A DNA stretch of 64,000 bases from Eledone cirrhosa (GCA_964016885.1 OZ024740.1:78802001-78866000), one strand, 5' to 3'. Shown: positions 1 to 11,730, counted from the first letter of the stretch. The notes: generated by a model from the letters alone, not told the origin. Translations and numbers: made by a program.

Positions 1-665
1 CTCCGCTGGATGTGTAACAGTAATATACGTGAACGGCAAAGCATAAACGAACTAAGGAAAAAATTAGAGATAAGAGGGATCAGATGTTGTTTACTCGAGA
101 GAAGGCTGCGTTGGTATGGACACGTGATGCGCATGAAAGTCGATAGCTGTATAACAAAGTGCAGGGCAATAAAGATAGACGGTAGCCACGGAATAGGCAG
201 ACCTAGAAAAACATGGGATGAGCTGATAAACTCCGACCTCACACACTTCCACCTCTCCAAGACAATGTCACTGGACCGAGACCTTTGGCGGTACTCAGTA
301 ACAGAGAAGACCCGCCTTGCCAGTAGGCATCTCTAACAAAATACACCCCGTCCCGCCACCACCCCCACCCCATCCACACCACCCCGTTCTATGTAAAGTT
401 ATGTTGGTGCCGCGCCATCCAGGCCGAAACAAATGAGATCGTGTAGGTGTCACGACAAAAAAACACACAGTCCACGCTGTAATGTGGCCGTGTAGGCAAC
501 ACGGTAAAAACCTCCCAGACCCACACTGTAAATGTGGTTGGTGTTAGGAAGGGCATCCAACTGTAGAAAACCTGCCAGACAGTCCTATGCGAGCAATCAC
601 TCTTGCCTCAAGTGGGACTACCCCTGTCCAAACCCATGCAAGCGTGGAACACGGACGTTAAACGT

Positions 666-695
<30 letters not shown>
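1..695 (+). mobile_element. RTE-clade LINE (family A), 3' end: ORF C-terminus, 3' UTR and (GAT)n tail
   Basis: ORF 10..336 has RRLRWYGHVMRM and GRPRKTW motifs; 3' UTR matches the copies at 11244-11730 and 56964-57346; ends TAAACGTT(GAT)n; runs off the window start. Confidence 0.92.
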
Positions 696-729
<34 letters not shown>

Positions 730-744
730 TATAAATATTTATAC

Positions 745-1570
745 ATATCATCATCATCATCATTTTACGTCCGCTTTTCCCTGCTTGCAAGGGTGGGACG
801 GGTCTTATTCAGCACATCATCTCTCCATTCGTCACGGTCCCTCGTCATCTCCACCGTGAGCTTCAATGATCTGAGGTCTGTTCTCACCACCTCCGCCCAT
901 GTTTTTCGTGGTCTACCTCTACCACGTCTTCCTTCAACTGGCAATTCCTGGCACTTCTTCACCCATCGGTCATCCTCCATGCGCATCACATGTCCGTACC
1001 ACTTCAGTCTCCTCTCCCGTACACTACATTCTATCCCTCTCAGACACAGTTTCTCTCTCAACACATTTATGCTGGGTCGTTCACGCACATTTACATTGCA
1101 CATCCAACGGAGCATGCTTGCCTCATTTCTCTCCAGCCGTCGCATATCCTCTGCAGTTGCTACCCATGTCTCACTACCATGCAGCATCACGCTCCTCACA
1201 CAGGCATCATACAACCGGCCTTTTGTACGCAGGGAGAAACCCTTCTTCGTCAACAGAGGAAGCAGCTCCCTAAACTTCTTCCAACCCGTCCTTATTCTAG
1301 ATACTATGGCCTCGGAACACTTCCTAGGTACCGGAAGCTATCCACACTTCTATAGCGCCCTCTTGCATTTGAAAAATGTGTCTATCAGTGCGACTTCTAC
1401 TGTCTAATTTCCCTGTACATCTACTGCATACATATTTCTCCCTACCTGTTAGTTAGCCTGCTATCCCACTACATCTCTTGTGTACCCAGGATCTGCATTG
1501 TGTGCATTTTATAGAATTTATGCCAGTTCCTTTTCTGCATATCGAACATGGCCATTTCCCTGACGGAATC
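745..1570 (-). mobile_element. RTE-clade LINE, related subfamily, 5'-truncated
   Basis: ORF 765..1253 (KGRLYDACVRSVMLHGSETW...GRPRKTW); homology continues through a degraded WPCSICRK/WVHKRC segment to ~1570; (GAT)n tail at ~745-763; tail-to-tail with the first copy. Confidence 0.88.
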
Positions 1571-1608
1571 ATATATATAAATATTTATACATATATATAT
1601 ATATATCA

Positions 1609-2017
1609 ATATTGTTATACTTTGGGAGGGTCATTTTGCCAATAAGAAACACACGCACCAGTTGCTTTCACTTCAATTTATTATATATTTATAAATTTAT
1701 AAATTTACAAATCTACAAACTTATAAATTTCTGGTTGGTTGGTTGGTTCCACAACCAGATAGTTGTTTATATATAGTCATAGTCCTTTCGTCACACACTC
1801 TGTGTGCTCTTCAGTGACTGGGGATTCCTTTCTTTGTTTCTGTGCCTTTCCTTTCTTCTATCCTACGCCATTTTGTTTCTGTGTGTGTGCTCAGTTTGCG
1901 CATGCGCCACATCCGGGTGTCTGTGTTATTGGCAACATGACCCTCCCAAAGTATAACAATATCGGTTTCAACACACGATTTCAGATAAAGAATCTTGCTA
2001 AACAAATTCAGAAACGA
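1609..2017. repeat. Fold-back element with inverted arms (copy 1)
   Basis: 1609-1645 is the reverse complement of 1926-1962 (1 mismatch); 1926-2017 is nearly identical to 6783-6875; flanked by (TA)n. Confidence 0.6.
1775..1819 (-). ncRNA. Minimal type I hammerhead ribozyme
   Basis: Minus strand reads AGTCA-CTGAAGA-GCACACAGAGTGTGTGAC-GAA-AGGACT-A-TGACT: 5-bp stem I, intact core, CACAC/GTGTG stem II, short stem III, CUA triplet. Confidence 0.8.
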
Positions 2018-2018
2018 A

Positions 2019-2087
<69 letters not shown>

Positions 2088-2132
2088 AATATATATAATA
2101 TAAGATCAAAAGATGGTTAAAGGAGTTCCATG

Positions 2133-2203
2133 TATTTTATTATGCGCATTTCAAAAACAAACATCATCATGCAATAATATTTGTGTTTTCATCAGATAAA
2201 ACA
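2133..2203 (-). ncRNA. Type I hammerhead ribozyme at the 3' end of the Hydra-like PLE
   Basis: TGTTTTAT-CTGATGA-[long stem II hairpin]-GAA-ATGCGCAT-A-ATAAAATA: 8-bp stem I, palindromic stem III, AUA triplet. Confidence 0.88.
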
Positions 2204-2297
2204 GGAGAACATGATATGAAGGCTAAAAAACACTTGTGGATAGTGCAGTTTTAAATCAACATATGAAAAGTGGTTTTAGATTGATGTGTGATATTGG

Positions 2298-2722
2298 GAA
2301 AAATATTTTATTTAGAGAGGGGGGGGGTGGAAAGGATGAAAAAGGGAAGGAGATGAGAGGGAGAGATGGGTGATAGAGAGAAAGAGATAGTTTTTATAAC
2401 TGAGAGGAGATATATTGTTTTACATAGAGAGGTTGAAAACCGTTGGAAGATAATGTATAAATTAAAAATAAAAAAAAAATTTTGAAAATTAACGAAGGGA
2501 GGATATGTGCGAGGAAAAAATATTTTATTTAGGGAGGGGGGTGGTGGAAAGGATGAAAAAAGGGGGAGGAGATGAGAGTGAAGGTGGAGAGGGAGAGATG
2601 GGTGATAGAGAGAAAGAGATAGTTTTTATAACTGAGAAAAAGATATATAGTTTTACATAGAGAGGTTGGGAACCATTGGAAGATAATGTATAAATTAAAG
2701 GAATTTGAAAATTAACGAAGGG
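2298..2722. repeat. Tandem ~215-bp direct duplication in the PLE 3' region
   Basis: ~2298-2500 is repeated at ~2515-2722 (shared GAGAGATGGGTGATAGAGAGAAAGAGATAGTTTTTATAACTGAGA). Confidence 0.7.
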
Positions 2723-4458
2723 AATTTATGTATGAAGATAGAGAGAAAAAATAATAATTGTGGATGAATATTCTAACGTCAAAAAAAGAAATGTATGTTG
2801 ATAAGATATTGTGGCAATTTCAAAATTAACGAAGAGAAAAATTATTAAGGTTTGTGTGTAGAAGGATTTGAGAAAAATAATGTGGAGTTAAAGTTTGTAT
2901 ATTGAAGGAATTGATAATATATGCGAATAAAGAGTTAATATGTATTAATAATGAGTTCGTTGATGGGGAGAAAAAAATAATAAATTAAGGATGAAATTGA
3001 GATTAAAAAGATTTATGATAGAGAGAAAAAATAATAATGATTGCGGATGAATATTCTAACGTCAAAACAACAAATGTATATGTTATGATTTTACAAGGTG
3101 GAGATAGAATGAGGGTAATGAGTAAACAAGTATTATAGAGTGTATAATGCCCTTTAAAGTAAGGTAGATGGGTATATTTTAAAGAGGTGTATGTATATGT
3201 GCCTTTGAGAAAAGATTCTAAATTGATAAAGAATTGAATATTAACTGTATACTTTGTGAAAAGTTCTATGGAATTTATGCAGGCAGATAGAAAACAAATA
3301 TGTACGTCTATTTATTATAGAATCTAGGTTAGAGATAATGGTAAATTTTTCATTTAGGCAGAGATTACAGATTTTAGATAGATAGCTGTTCAAGTATGAG
3401 GATGCAGAAGAAATCTTCTTCCAAAAGATGGTATATTTAATGTTTTTGTCTTTTAAGGACCATATGAGTTCTGAGAGAGCAGTGTTGGTTCTTTTAAGTT
3501 TGTATTTGAAAGATGAATGATGATTATAGAGACGAGCTTTAAAAGAGGTGGAAGTGGAGCCAAAATAGGTGAAGGAATTGGTGCTAGTTATAATTTTACA
3601 TTCATAAATTAAGTTTTTATCGAGACAATGGTTGTTGAGAGGACATTTATTTTTAATGCGGCAGTTGCAATTAGAGAGATTATTAATGAGTGACCTAGTG
3701 TTATCTATAGAAGGAATTGGATTGGAGAAGTTGTTTGCGATAGGAATAATAGGAATAATAGTTTCTTGATTTAGAGTTGGATTATGAACATTTAGCGAAG
3801 TTGTGTTTGACGTATTTGGGTTTAGAGAAGTTAGCCTAGGGTTTACAATGACGTCGGGAGTACTATTACTGTTATTATGAAATTCAATATTGGAAGGAAG
3901 AGATTTAGTATTTTATTGTTGTGTTTAGAGATGATGTTGGAAATATTGGAGGATGTAGAATGCGAAAATTTGATGGTGTGTTTGTTAAATATTTTACTAT
4001 AGATATGTGAGGGAGGGAAGCATTTATTTAAGGCACTAAAAAATAATTTAGGAATATTGTTATTAATAGAGATGGAGAAAGGAGCATTATACCAGATTAT
4101 GTTTTTGTATCTAGGTCTTTTATTAAAATTATTGGAATGGTCATGATTAATTATTCTACTGTAAGTTTTTCTAGAATTTGTTTCTTTACTATATTTGATT
4201 TTATCTGGATAGCCGGCTTTAGAAAGTGCGTTATTATAGTAATTGGCGTTAGCATCAAAGATGTTTTTATTAGAAGATATGTTAGATATTCTTTTTCCAA
4301 TATTATTAACTATAGCATTCTTGATATTGGTAGGATGGTTAGATTTAAAGTTAACATAATTTAGGTTCTCATTGTTTTTATGGTAAGGGTAATATAGGCC
4401 AGTGTCAAGATTAAGAGATACATCCAAGAAATTAGCTAGTTTGATACTATTATCAAAT

Positions 4459-4605
4459 TCTTAGCCAGGTTAATTTTAAGGCCTTTTGATTCTAGGCCGT
4501 GCTTCCATGTTTGGAATTTCTTCTCTAGTTCGGTCATTGATTCAGCTATGAGCGTTAGATCATCTGCGTATGGGAGTTCCCATGGGCAGCCGGTCTTGAA
4601 CACTC
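4459..4605 (-). mobile_element. Internal RTE family A fragment (RT motif region)
   Basis: FKTGCPWELPYADDLTLIAESMTELEKKFQTWKHGLESKGLKINLAK, near-identical to 18291-18432. Confidence 0.88.
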
Positions 4606-4672
4606 TATGCAAATTAGTCTGCCCACTACTAATTTTCATAGAAAAAGCATATAACGATATGTGCTTTTACAA

Positions 4673-4766
4673 TTCTCCAGAAAGGCCGGTAGATAGGTAA
4701 ATATTGCTGATGAGTTGTAACAACAACGAAACTAGTTCAATGTTCCTTGTCTGGCTTTCTGGAGAA
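4673..4766 (+). ncRNA. Type I hammerhead ribozyme with extended stem I
   Basis: ATATTG-CTGATGA-GTTGT aac/a ACAAC-GAA-ACTAGT-T-CAATGT (4701-4743); outer helix TTCTCCAGAAAG(G)CC 4673-4687 pairs with GGCTTTCTGGAGAA 4753-4766. Confidence 0.88.
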
Positions 4767-5039
4767 TAGGGGGAAGGTATTCCCCCGAAAAACCAGTATG
4801 ACTCTAAAAACCGGTTTGTCTGTGTGTTTACATACAGAATAGCTGGGCCGCTCACTGTAAAGCGACCAGTGAAAGACTTGGTACACCTACATATGTATAC
4901 GTGTGTGTATTCATATACACACTAGTATTTCAGTATGCATATGTAGATGTACATTTTTAACTTAATTGTTTAAGCGTCAGTCATACAAAAGTGAGTTACA
5001 AACGAAACAAAATTTAATTTTGTTTCGTTATTTGTTTTT

Positions 5040-5351
5040 ATATATATATGTATATGTATAAATATTTATATATGTATATGTATAAATATTTATATATATA
5101 TATATATGTATATGTATAAATATTTATATATATATATATATAAAAATATTTATATATATATATATATATAAATATTTATATATATATATATATATATAAA
5201 TATTTATATATTTATATATATATATATAAATATTTATATATATATATTTATATAAATATTTATACATATATATAAATATTTATATATTTATATATATATA
5301 TATATATTTATACATATATATATATATATAAATATTTATATATTTATATAT
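5040..5351. repeat. Degenerate (TA)n / TATAAATATTTATA microsatellite
   Basis: Seen directly; the same motif resumes at 6368-6533. Confidence 0.9.
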
Positions 5352-6367
5352 ATAGTAGAATAATCGAGTATCGAAAAATCGGCGCACGAGTTCACGATAA
5401 ACAAAATTCGAGATGAGCGGCAGAGGGCTCTATAATTCAAATAAATTAGAGCTATAACTATCGTTAAATACCGTCACACGTAGAATATGTCTACAATCAA
5501 CCAAATAACCGATAAGTTCGATATGGAAGATTCGGGACACTCAGATAAATTATCAATAAATCAATAAATGAAATGAATGTAAAATGCATACCCGGACCCA
5601 CTAGAGAGATGGAATATCTAGCTTCTTGGGTTTCTGTAAATCCTTAAACCGTCATCTATCAGCTCATATAAAAATATAAGACTTACAGATGCCGGGGGAC
5701 TGGAGTTACTTTATCAACGAGCTTCGTCCGAATGGATAGAAAGACAAGACCCATGCTAAAAATACACACATGGATTTCAGCAAGGGAGATAACCTTTATA
5801 TCCGCAAAAAAATATTCGGAAAAGTGTGGCAAAAAACACATATCGAATAAGAGTGCTCAATAGACATGTTAAAATAAACAGGGGCTATTCATCATTTAAT
5901 AGAATCGACAAAAAATGAACAATAAAATTAACTGGTCAATAGCTAAGTCTAGAGCTAAATATAGTAGAATAATCGAGTATCGAAAAATCGGCGCACGAGT
6001 TCACGATAAACAAAATTCGAGATGAGCGGCAGAGGGCTCTATAATTCAATTAAATTAGAGCTATAACTATCGTTAAATACCGTCACACGTAGAATATGTC
6101 TACAATCAACCAAATAACCGATAAGTTCGATATGGAAGATTCGGGACACTCAGATAAATTATCAATAAATCAATAAATAAAATGAATGTAAAATGCATAC
6201 CCGGACCCACTAGAGAGATGGAATATCTAGCTTCTTGGGTTTCTGTAAATCCTTAAACCGTCATCTATCAGCTCATATAAAAATATAAGACTTACAGATG
6301 CCGGGGGACTGGAGTTACTTTATCAACGAGCTTCGTCCGAATGGATAGAAAGACAAGACCCATGCTA
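5352..6367. repeat. Unclassified non-coding element: 407-bp direct repeats around a 202-bp spacer
   Basis: 5352-5758 equals 5961-6367 (period 609 bp; I see 2 mismatches); embedded in a (TA)n tract; no ORF. Confidence 0.85.
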
Positions 6368-6535
6368 TATATAAATATTTATACATATATATAAATATTT
6401 ATATATTTATATATATATATAAATATTTATACATATATATATATAAATATTTATATATTTATATATATATATAAATATTTATACATATATATAAATATTT
6501 ATACATATATATAAATATTTATACATATATATAAT

Positions 6536-6876
6536 GAATTAGTTTTGCGAGGTTTTATATATGAAATCGGGTGTCGAAACAAATATTGTTATACTTGGGG
6601 AAGGTCATATTTGTGTAATATTGCCAGAATTAATAACAGAACACACTCACTGTTTGGTTGGTTTTCGCTTCTGTGTCCTTTATATCAGTAATCTAATATA
6701 CTCGGTCCTCAATGTTGCCATTGATTGACCGACGGTCAAAAATAATACAGATACAATATAGACACAAACACATCTATATTCTTATTGGCAACATGACCCT
6801 CCCAAAGTATAACAATATCGGTTTCAACACACGATTTCAGATAAAGAATCATGCTAAACAAATTCAGAAACGAAAC
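6536..6876. repeat. Fold-back element with inverted arms (copy 2)
   Basis: ~6536-6608 is a diverged reverse complement of ~6792-6865; right arm shared with 1926-2017. Confidence 0.6.
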
Positions 6877-6887
6877 ACATATATATA

Positions 6888-8146
6888 GTTTATCATAAAT
6901 CTTTCGTTGCACATCTGCAACATCATCAGTGGTGCTATTGTTTCCTCCTGTTGAATTGTTTGGCTACGCCATTTTTATTCAGTCTGTCTATATATTTATT
7001 TATTTATTTGCTTGTTTGTTTATTTTATTTTGTCTTCTTTGCGCATGCGTTTGCGTGTGTGTATAATGTTTTGTTTGATGTGTGATGTGTGTTCGTGATT
7101 GTGTGTTTATGTGTTTGTTGTTATTGTGCTTGTGTATGTATTTATTTATTTATTTATTTATTTATTTATTTTATTTTATTTACTTATTTATACTTCTCTT
7201 AGGTCAGTGTTGTTTGTTTGGGTGTTGTTGTTATTCCATTCATTCTTTCTGTTTAGTCTTGGTCTTCTAAGTTCTATTTCACTGGCCTCTCTGATTTGCC
7301 TATCTGCTGGGTCATTTCTATGTTTAGATATTATTCTAATTTCTATGTTGTCTATGTTACCATCATGTTGTTGTCTGGCATGTTCGTATAGTACTGACCC
7401 GTTTTTTCGTCCTTTTAGTTCCCCCCAGTGTTGGTCTATCCTTTCACCTATGCTACGAGCTGTCTCACCTATGTATGTTGTTGTCATGTTTCTGCAGGTA
7501 CCCTCTGTACATCTTATGCTATAGACTACGTTTCTTGTTTTACAGTTTATCCGGGGGTTTACCTTAAATATGATACATTTCCTATTGGTACAGTGGGTTT
7601 TCTTAAAAGGGTAGGTTTTGCTGATCAGGGATTTTATGGTGGTTCCTGGCTTTTCTACCACCTTAATTTTTAAGTGGGTCTTTCTCAGGGCCTTTCTACA
7701 CTGGTTAGCTAATTTCCCTCCAGGGGTAGCGTCCACAAACATGACACTCTGGTATCTCTGGTTGTTGTACCATGACGTGGCTTTCCCTATCTTATGTCTA
7801 GCCCTATCTAAGCTATTCCATGATTTGCTCCTGTATAATGGGCAAATTCCTTTCATGTCCAGTTCTATGAGGGTCTTATACTTCTCCATGGCTCCTTCGT
7901 ATACTCTGACTCTGTCTCTTTGGTTGTAGTCAGAGAACTGCATGCGGTTGATGAAGTGTTGGATGTGTCTTTCCATTTCTGTTGGGTCACACATGCGGGA
8001 CACATTCTTCATCACTCGTACCAAATCTGCGATCAGAATATTAAACTTAGCACTACTGGACATTGCTGAGTTTTTGAGTATTAGGTATTTGGAGGCCATG
8101 GGTTTAGCATAGTGTGAGTGGAGAATTTGGGCTCTCTCATCTATAG
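6888..8146 (-). mobile_element. Penelope-like element, Naiad-like, 5'-truncated (RT thumb/linker, GIY-YIG, pLTR)
   Basis: PLE part of ORF 7188..8237: HYAKPMAS...LYRSKSW...VMFVDATPGG...KVVEKPG...NVVYSIRC...YIGETARSIGER...QIREA...LNRKNE; followed by a non-coding tail ending in an HHR and (TA)n; clade call from remembered motifs. Confidence 0.8.
6892..6933 (-). ncRNA. Minimal type I hammerhead ribozyme, slightly degenerate
   Basis: ACCA-CTGATGA-t-GTTGCA gatg TGCAAC-GAA-AGATTT-A-TGAT; stem II is perfect, stem I has one mismatch. Confidence 0.7.
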
Positions 8147-8149
8147 ACC

Positions 8150-11100
8150 CCCTCCTCTTTGTTGCGGCCGCGGATGGCCAACATAACTCCAACCCCATCC
8201 ACCTCACCCCTCCCTGCGCCCCACCCACCAAACGCAATCCAAAACTTCAGAGTTGGTACCATGAATGTAGGCACCTTAAAGGGTCGCTCTAACGAGGTTG
8301 TAGAAATGCTTGAACGTAAGGAGGTTGATGTTTGCTGTATCCAAGAGACCAGGTGGAGGGGCGGGTCTGCTAGATTCATTGTGGGTAAAAAACGATGCTA
8401 TAAGCTTTTCTGGGTGAGAAATGACAATAGGCTGGGTGGGGTAGGAATCATGTTAGCAGAAAAATGGGTGGATAACACAATAGACGTAAATAGAATGAAT
8501 GACAGAATAATTAAAATAAGACTTGTTCTAAATAGAACTACTGTGACGGTAATATCTGCGTACGCGCCCCAATCCGGACTGCCTGGCGCTATAAAAGACA
8601 GTTTCTATGAGACACTGATGCTCACTACCTCCCAAATAACCGACAGTGACTATATAATTATTGCTGGTGACCTAAATGGTCACGTTGGACAACATTGTGA
8701 CGGCTATGATGGAATCCATGGAGGCTATGGGTTTGGTACTAGAAATGAGGAAGGCTCCAGAATCCTGGAATTCTGTGACGCAAATAACCTAACTATCTGT
8801 AACATTAACTTCAAAAAACGAGACAATCACTTGATCACCTACAGATCAGGGGAACATACCAGCCAGGTAGATTATATCCTTACCAGAAGATGTGACAGAG
8901 TGTCTGTTGTAAACACTAAATCCCTCCCCCCTGAAGAATGCACCTCCCAACATAGACTGATAATTAGCGACCTCATAGTCAGGACGAGACGTACTCGTTA
9001 GCGGAAGAGGACTATCCTCAGGAGAAAAATATGGAAGCTAAAGGACCCCACAGCCAGAAATAAATTTCAAAGCATATTACTTGATGCTTTCGACAGTAAG
9101 GAAGAGCATTTAGAGTCGTACAATATAGAGGAACAGTGGGAATTCCTGAAAGCAGACGAAGTCTGTGGCTGGAGCAGGCCTGTAGGTAGGAGGAGAGTAA
9201 CATGGTGGTGGAACAGTAAGGTGGAGGAGTCAATTAAGGCCAAAAAGCAGGCTTGGAAAGTATGGCGGGATGGGGGAAGTAGAGAAGACTATCAAGAGGC
9301 CAGGAGGGAAGCTAGGAGACAAGTGTACTTCGCAAGAAGGGAAGCAGAGGAAAGAAAGTTCAAGCATGTTCTACAACGCGAGGACCAAAAACGTGAGATG
9401 TTCAGGATTGCTAGGCAAAAAGGAAAACCGTGATATTGTCGGGGAGAAGTGTGTACTTAATGATGAAGGCGTACTTGCCATCACCGACGCTGATAAGAAG
9501 GTAGCTTGGAAGAGTCACTACGAAAGGCTTCTAAATGAGAATAAATGGGAGAAAGAGAGTCTCCCCCACATCGACCCAATAGCAGTGTTAGTCGAAGGTA
9601 GTATAATAAGTAAGGCAATCAAAGATATGAAGGCGGGTAAGGCGGCTGGACCTTCGGAAATAGTTGCTGAGATGCTGAAAGCCTCTGGAACGGTGGGACA
9701 CACCATGGTCTCCCGGATAGTAAACCAAGTCATACAGAATGGGGTTGTCCCGAAGGACTGGCGTAGCAGCATCATCATTAACTGTTACAAGGGTAAAGGA
9801 GATGCTCTAGATAGGTGTAACTATAGAGGCATTAAATTAATCGACCAGGTCATGAAGGTCACGGAAAAAGTAATAGCGCAACTAATCAGAGAGAGAATTG
9901 ACCTAGATGAAATGCAGTTCGGGTTTGTGTCAGGCAAAAGTACCACAGACGCTCTTTTCATTGTACGACAACTACAGGAGAAGTACCTAGCTAAAAGTAA
10001 ACCCCTATACTTAGCTTTTGTCGACTTGGAGAAAGCCTTCGACAGAGTCCCCCGTTCCATTATCTGGTGGGCTCTTAGAAAACCAGGTGATGACGAATGG
10101 CTTGTGATAGCTATACAAGCCATGTATAAAGAAACAGTCAGCAAGGTTAGAATTAACAACGAATATAGTGAAGAGTTTAGCGTAAAAGTTGGTGTCCATC
10201 AGGGCTCTGTTCTTAGCCCACTACTATTTATTATTGCCCTTCAGGCTATAACAGAGGAGTTCAAGACCGGTTGCCCATGGGAACTCCTATACGCAGATGA
10301 CCTAACACTCATAGCTGAATCAATCGCCGAGCTAGAGAAGAAATTCCAAACATGGAAGCACGGCCTAGAATCAAAAGGCCTTAAAATTAACCTGGCTAAG
10401 ACTAAAGCTCTAGTTTGTAGGAAAGAAAATAAGGCGCCGGTCCCTTCCGGGAAATGGCCATGCTCAGTGTGTAGGAAAGGCGTAGGTAGAAACTCTATTT
10501 TATGTCCTAAATGCAAAGTATGGGTGCATAAAAGATGTAGTGGTATCACAGGTAAGCTAACTAAGAACATAGATTTTACATGTGGCCGGTGCTCTGGTGC
10601 AATAAGTAGAAGCAAGTGCTCACAAAATACTAGCTCTTTCAACTGCGCAGAGGGTTCTATAGAAATAGTGGACAGCTTCCGTTACCTGGGCGACAAAATC
10701 AGCAGTGGGGGAGGGTGCTCTGAAAGTACAGTAGCTAGAGTCAGAACTGGATGGAAAAAGTTCAGAGAGCTTATACCACTATTAGCCGCTAAAGGGTTCT
10801 CCCTAAGAATGAAAGGCAGGTTGTATGATGCCTGCATACGAACAGCAATGTTGCATGGCAGTGAGACCTGGGCATTGTGTGCAGAGGATATACGCAGACT
10901 AGAGAGGAACGAAGCTTGCATGCTCCGCTGGATGTGTAATAGTAACATACGTGAACGGCAAAGCATAAGCGAACTAAGGAAAAAATTAGAAATAAGAGGG
11001 ATCAGATGTCTACTCGAGAGAAGGCTACGTTGGTATGGTCACGTGATGCGCATGAAAGACGACAGCTGTATAACAAAGTGCAGGGCAATAAAGATAGACG

Positions 11101-11728
11101 GTAGCTACGGAGTAGGCAGACCCAGAAAAACCTGGGACGAGCTGATAAATTCTGACCTCACACACTTACACCTCTCCAAGACAATGTCACTGGACCGAGA
11201 CCTTTGGCGGTACTCTGTAATAGAGAAGACCCGCTTTACCTAAATACAAAGTAAAATCTACTACAGCCAGTAGGCATCTCTAACAAAACGCACTCCCGTC
11301 CCACCACCCCCACACCGCCCCTTCAATGTAAAGTTATGTTGGTGCCACAACATCCAGGCCGAAACAAATGAGATTGTGTAGGTGTCACGACAAAAAAACA
11401 CACAGTCCACGCTGTAATGTGGCCGTGTAGGCAACACGGTAAAAACCTCCCAGCCCCACACTGTAAATGTGGTTGGTGTTAGGAAGGGCATCCAGCTGTA
11501 GAAAACCTGCCAGACAGTCCACGCTGTAATGTGGCCGTGTAGGCAACACGGTAAAAACCTTCCAGCCCCACATTGTAAATGTGGTTGGTGTTAGGAAGGG
11601 CATCCAGCTGTAGAAAACCCGCCAGACAGTCCCATGCGAGCAAGACAATCACTCTTGCCTCAAGTGGGAAAACCCCCGTCCAAACCCATGCAAGCGTGGA
11701 ACACGGACGTTAAACGTTGATGATGATG

Positions 11729-11730
<2 letters not shown>
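8150..11730 (+). mobile_element. RTE LINE family A, near full length, inactivated
   Basis: APE endonuclease ORF 8159..9001 (TMNVGTL, IQETRW, SAYAPQ, GDLNGHVG, VDYIL); stop at 8999; frameshift near 9420; RT in ORF 9270..11243 (NYRGIKL, FVDLEKAFD, QGSVLSPLLF, YADD); 3' UTR with ~111-bp tandem duplication; (GAT)n tail. Confidence 0.93.

Larger units (their letters stand above)
2100..4458 (-). mobile_element. Penelope-like element, Hydra-clade-like, 5'-truncated (RT thumb, GIY-YIG endonuclease, long 3' region with HHR)
   Basis: FLDVSLNLDTGLYYPYHK...SNHP and IIWYNAPFS...KIFNKHTIK (ORF 3843..4427); after a frame break ~3670-3250 reads CNCRIKNKCPL..CL..NLIY...YFGST...CNLC...CLH (CxCx5C, CxxC and CxH motifs, which I recall as typical of Hydra PLEs); 3' end abuts (TA)n. 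Confidence 0.8.

Noticed and set aside
5001-5029. Perfect 14-bp AT-rich hairpin
   Set aside because: Isolated, next to a microsatellite, with no supporting context
5655-5715. Twister-like UAACUCC start on the minus strand
   Set aside because: The L4 consensus and P1 pairing are not convincingly present
7188-7620. Possible Naiad selenoprotein (in-frame UGA plus SECIS)
   Set aside because: No in-frame TGA in the surviving ORF and no SECIS-like hairpin recognised downstream
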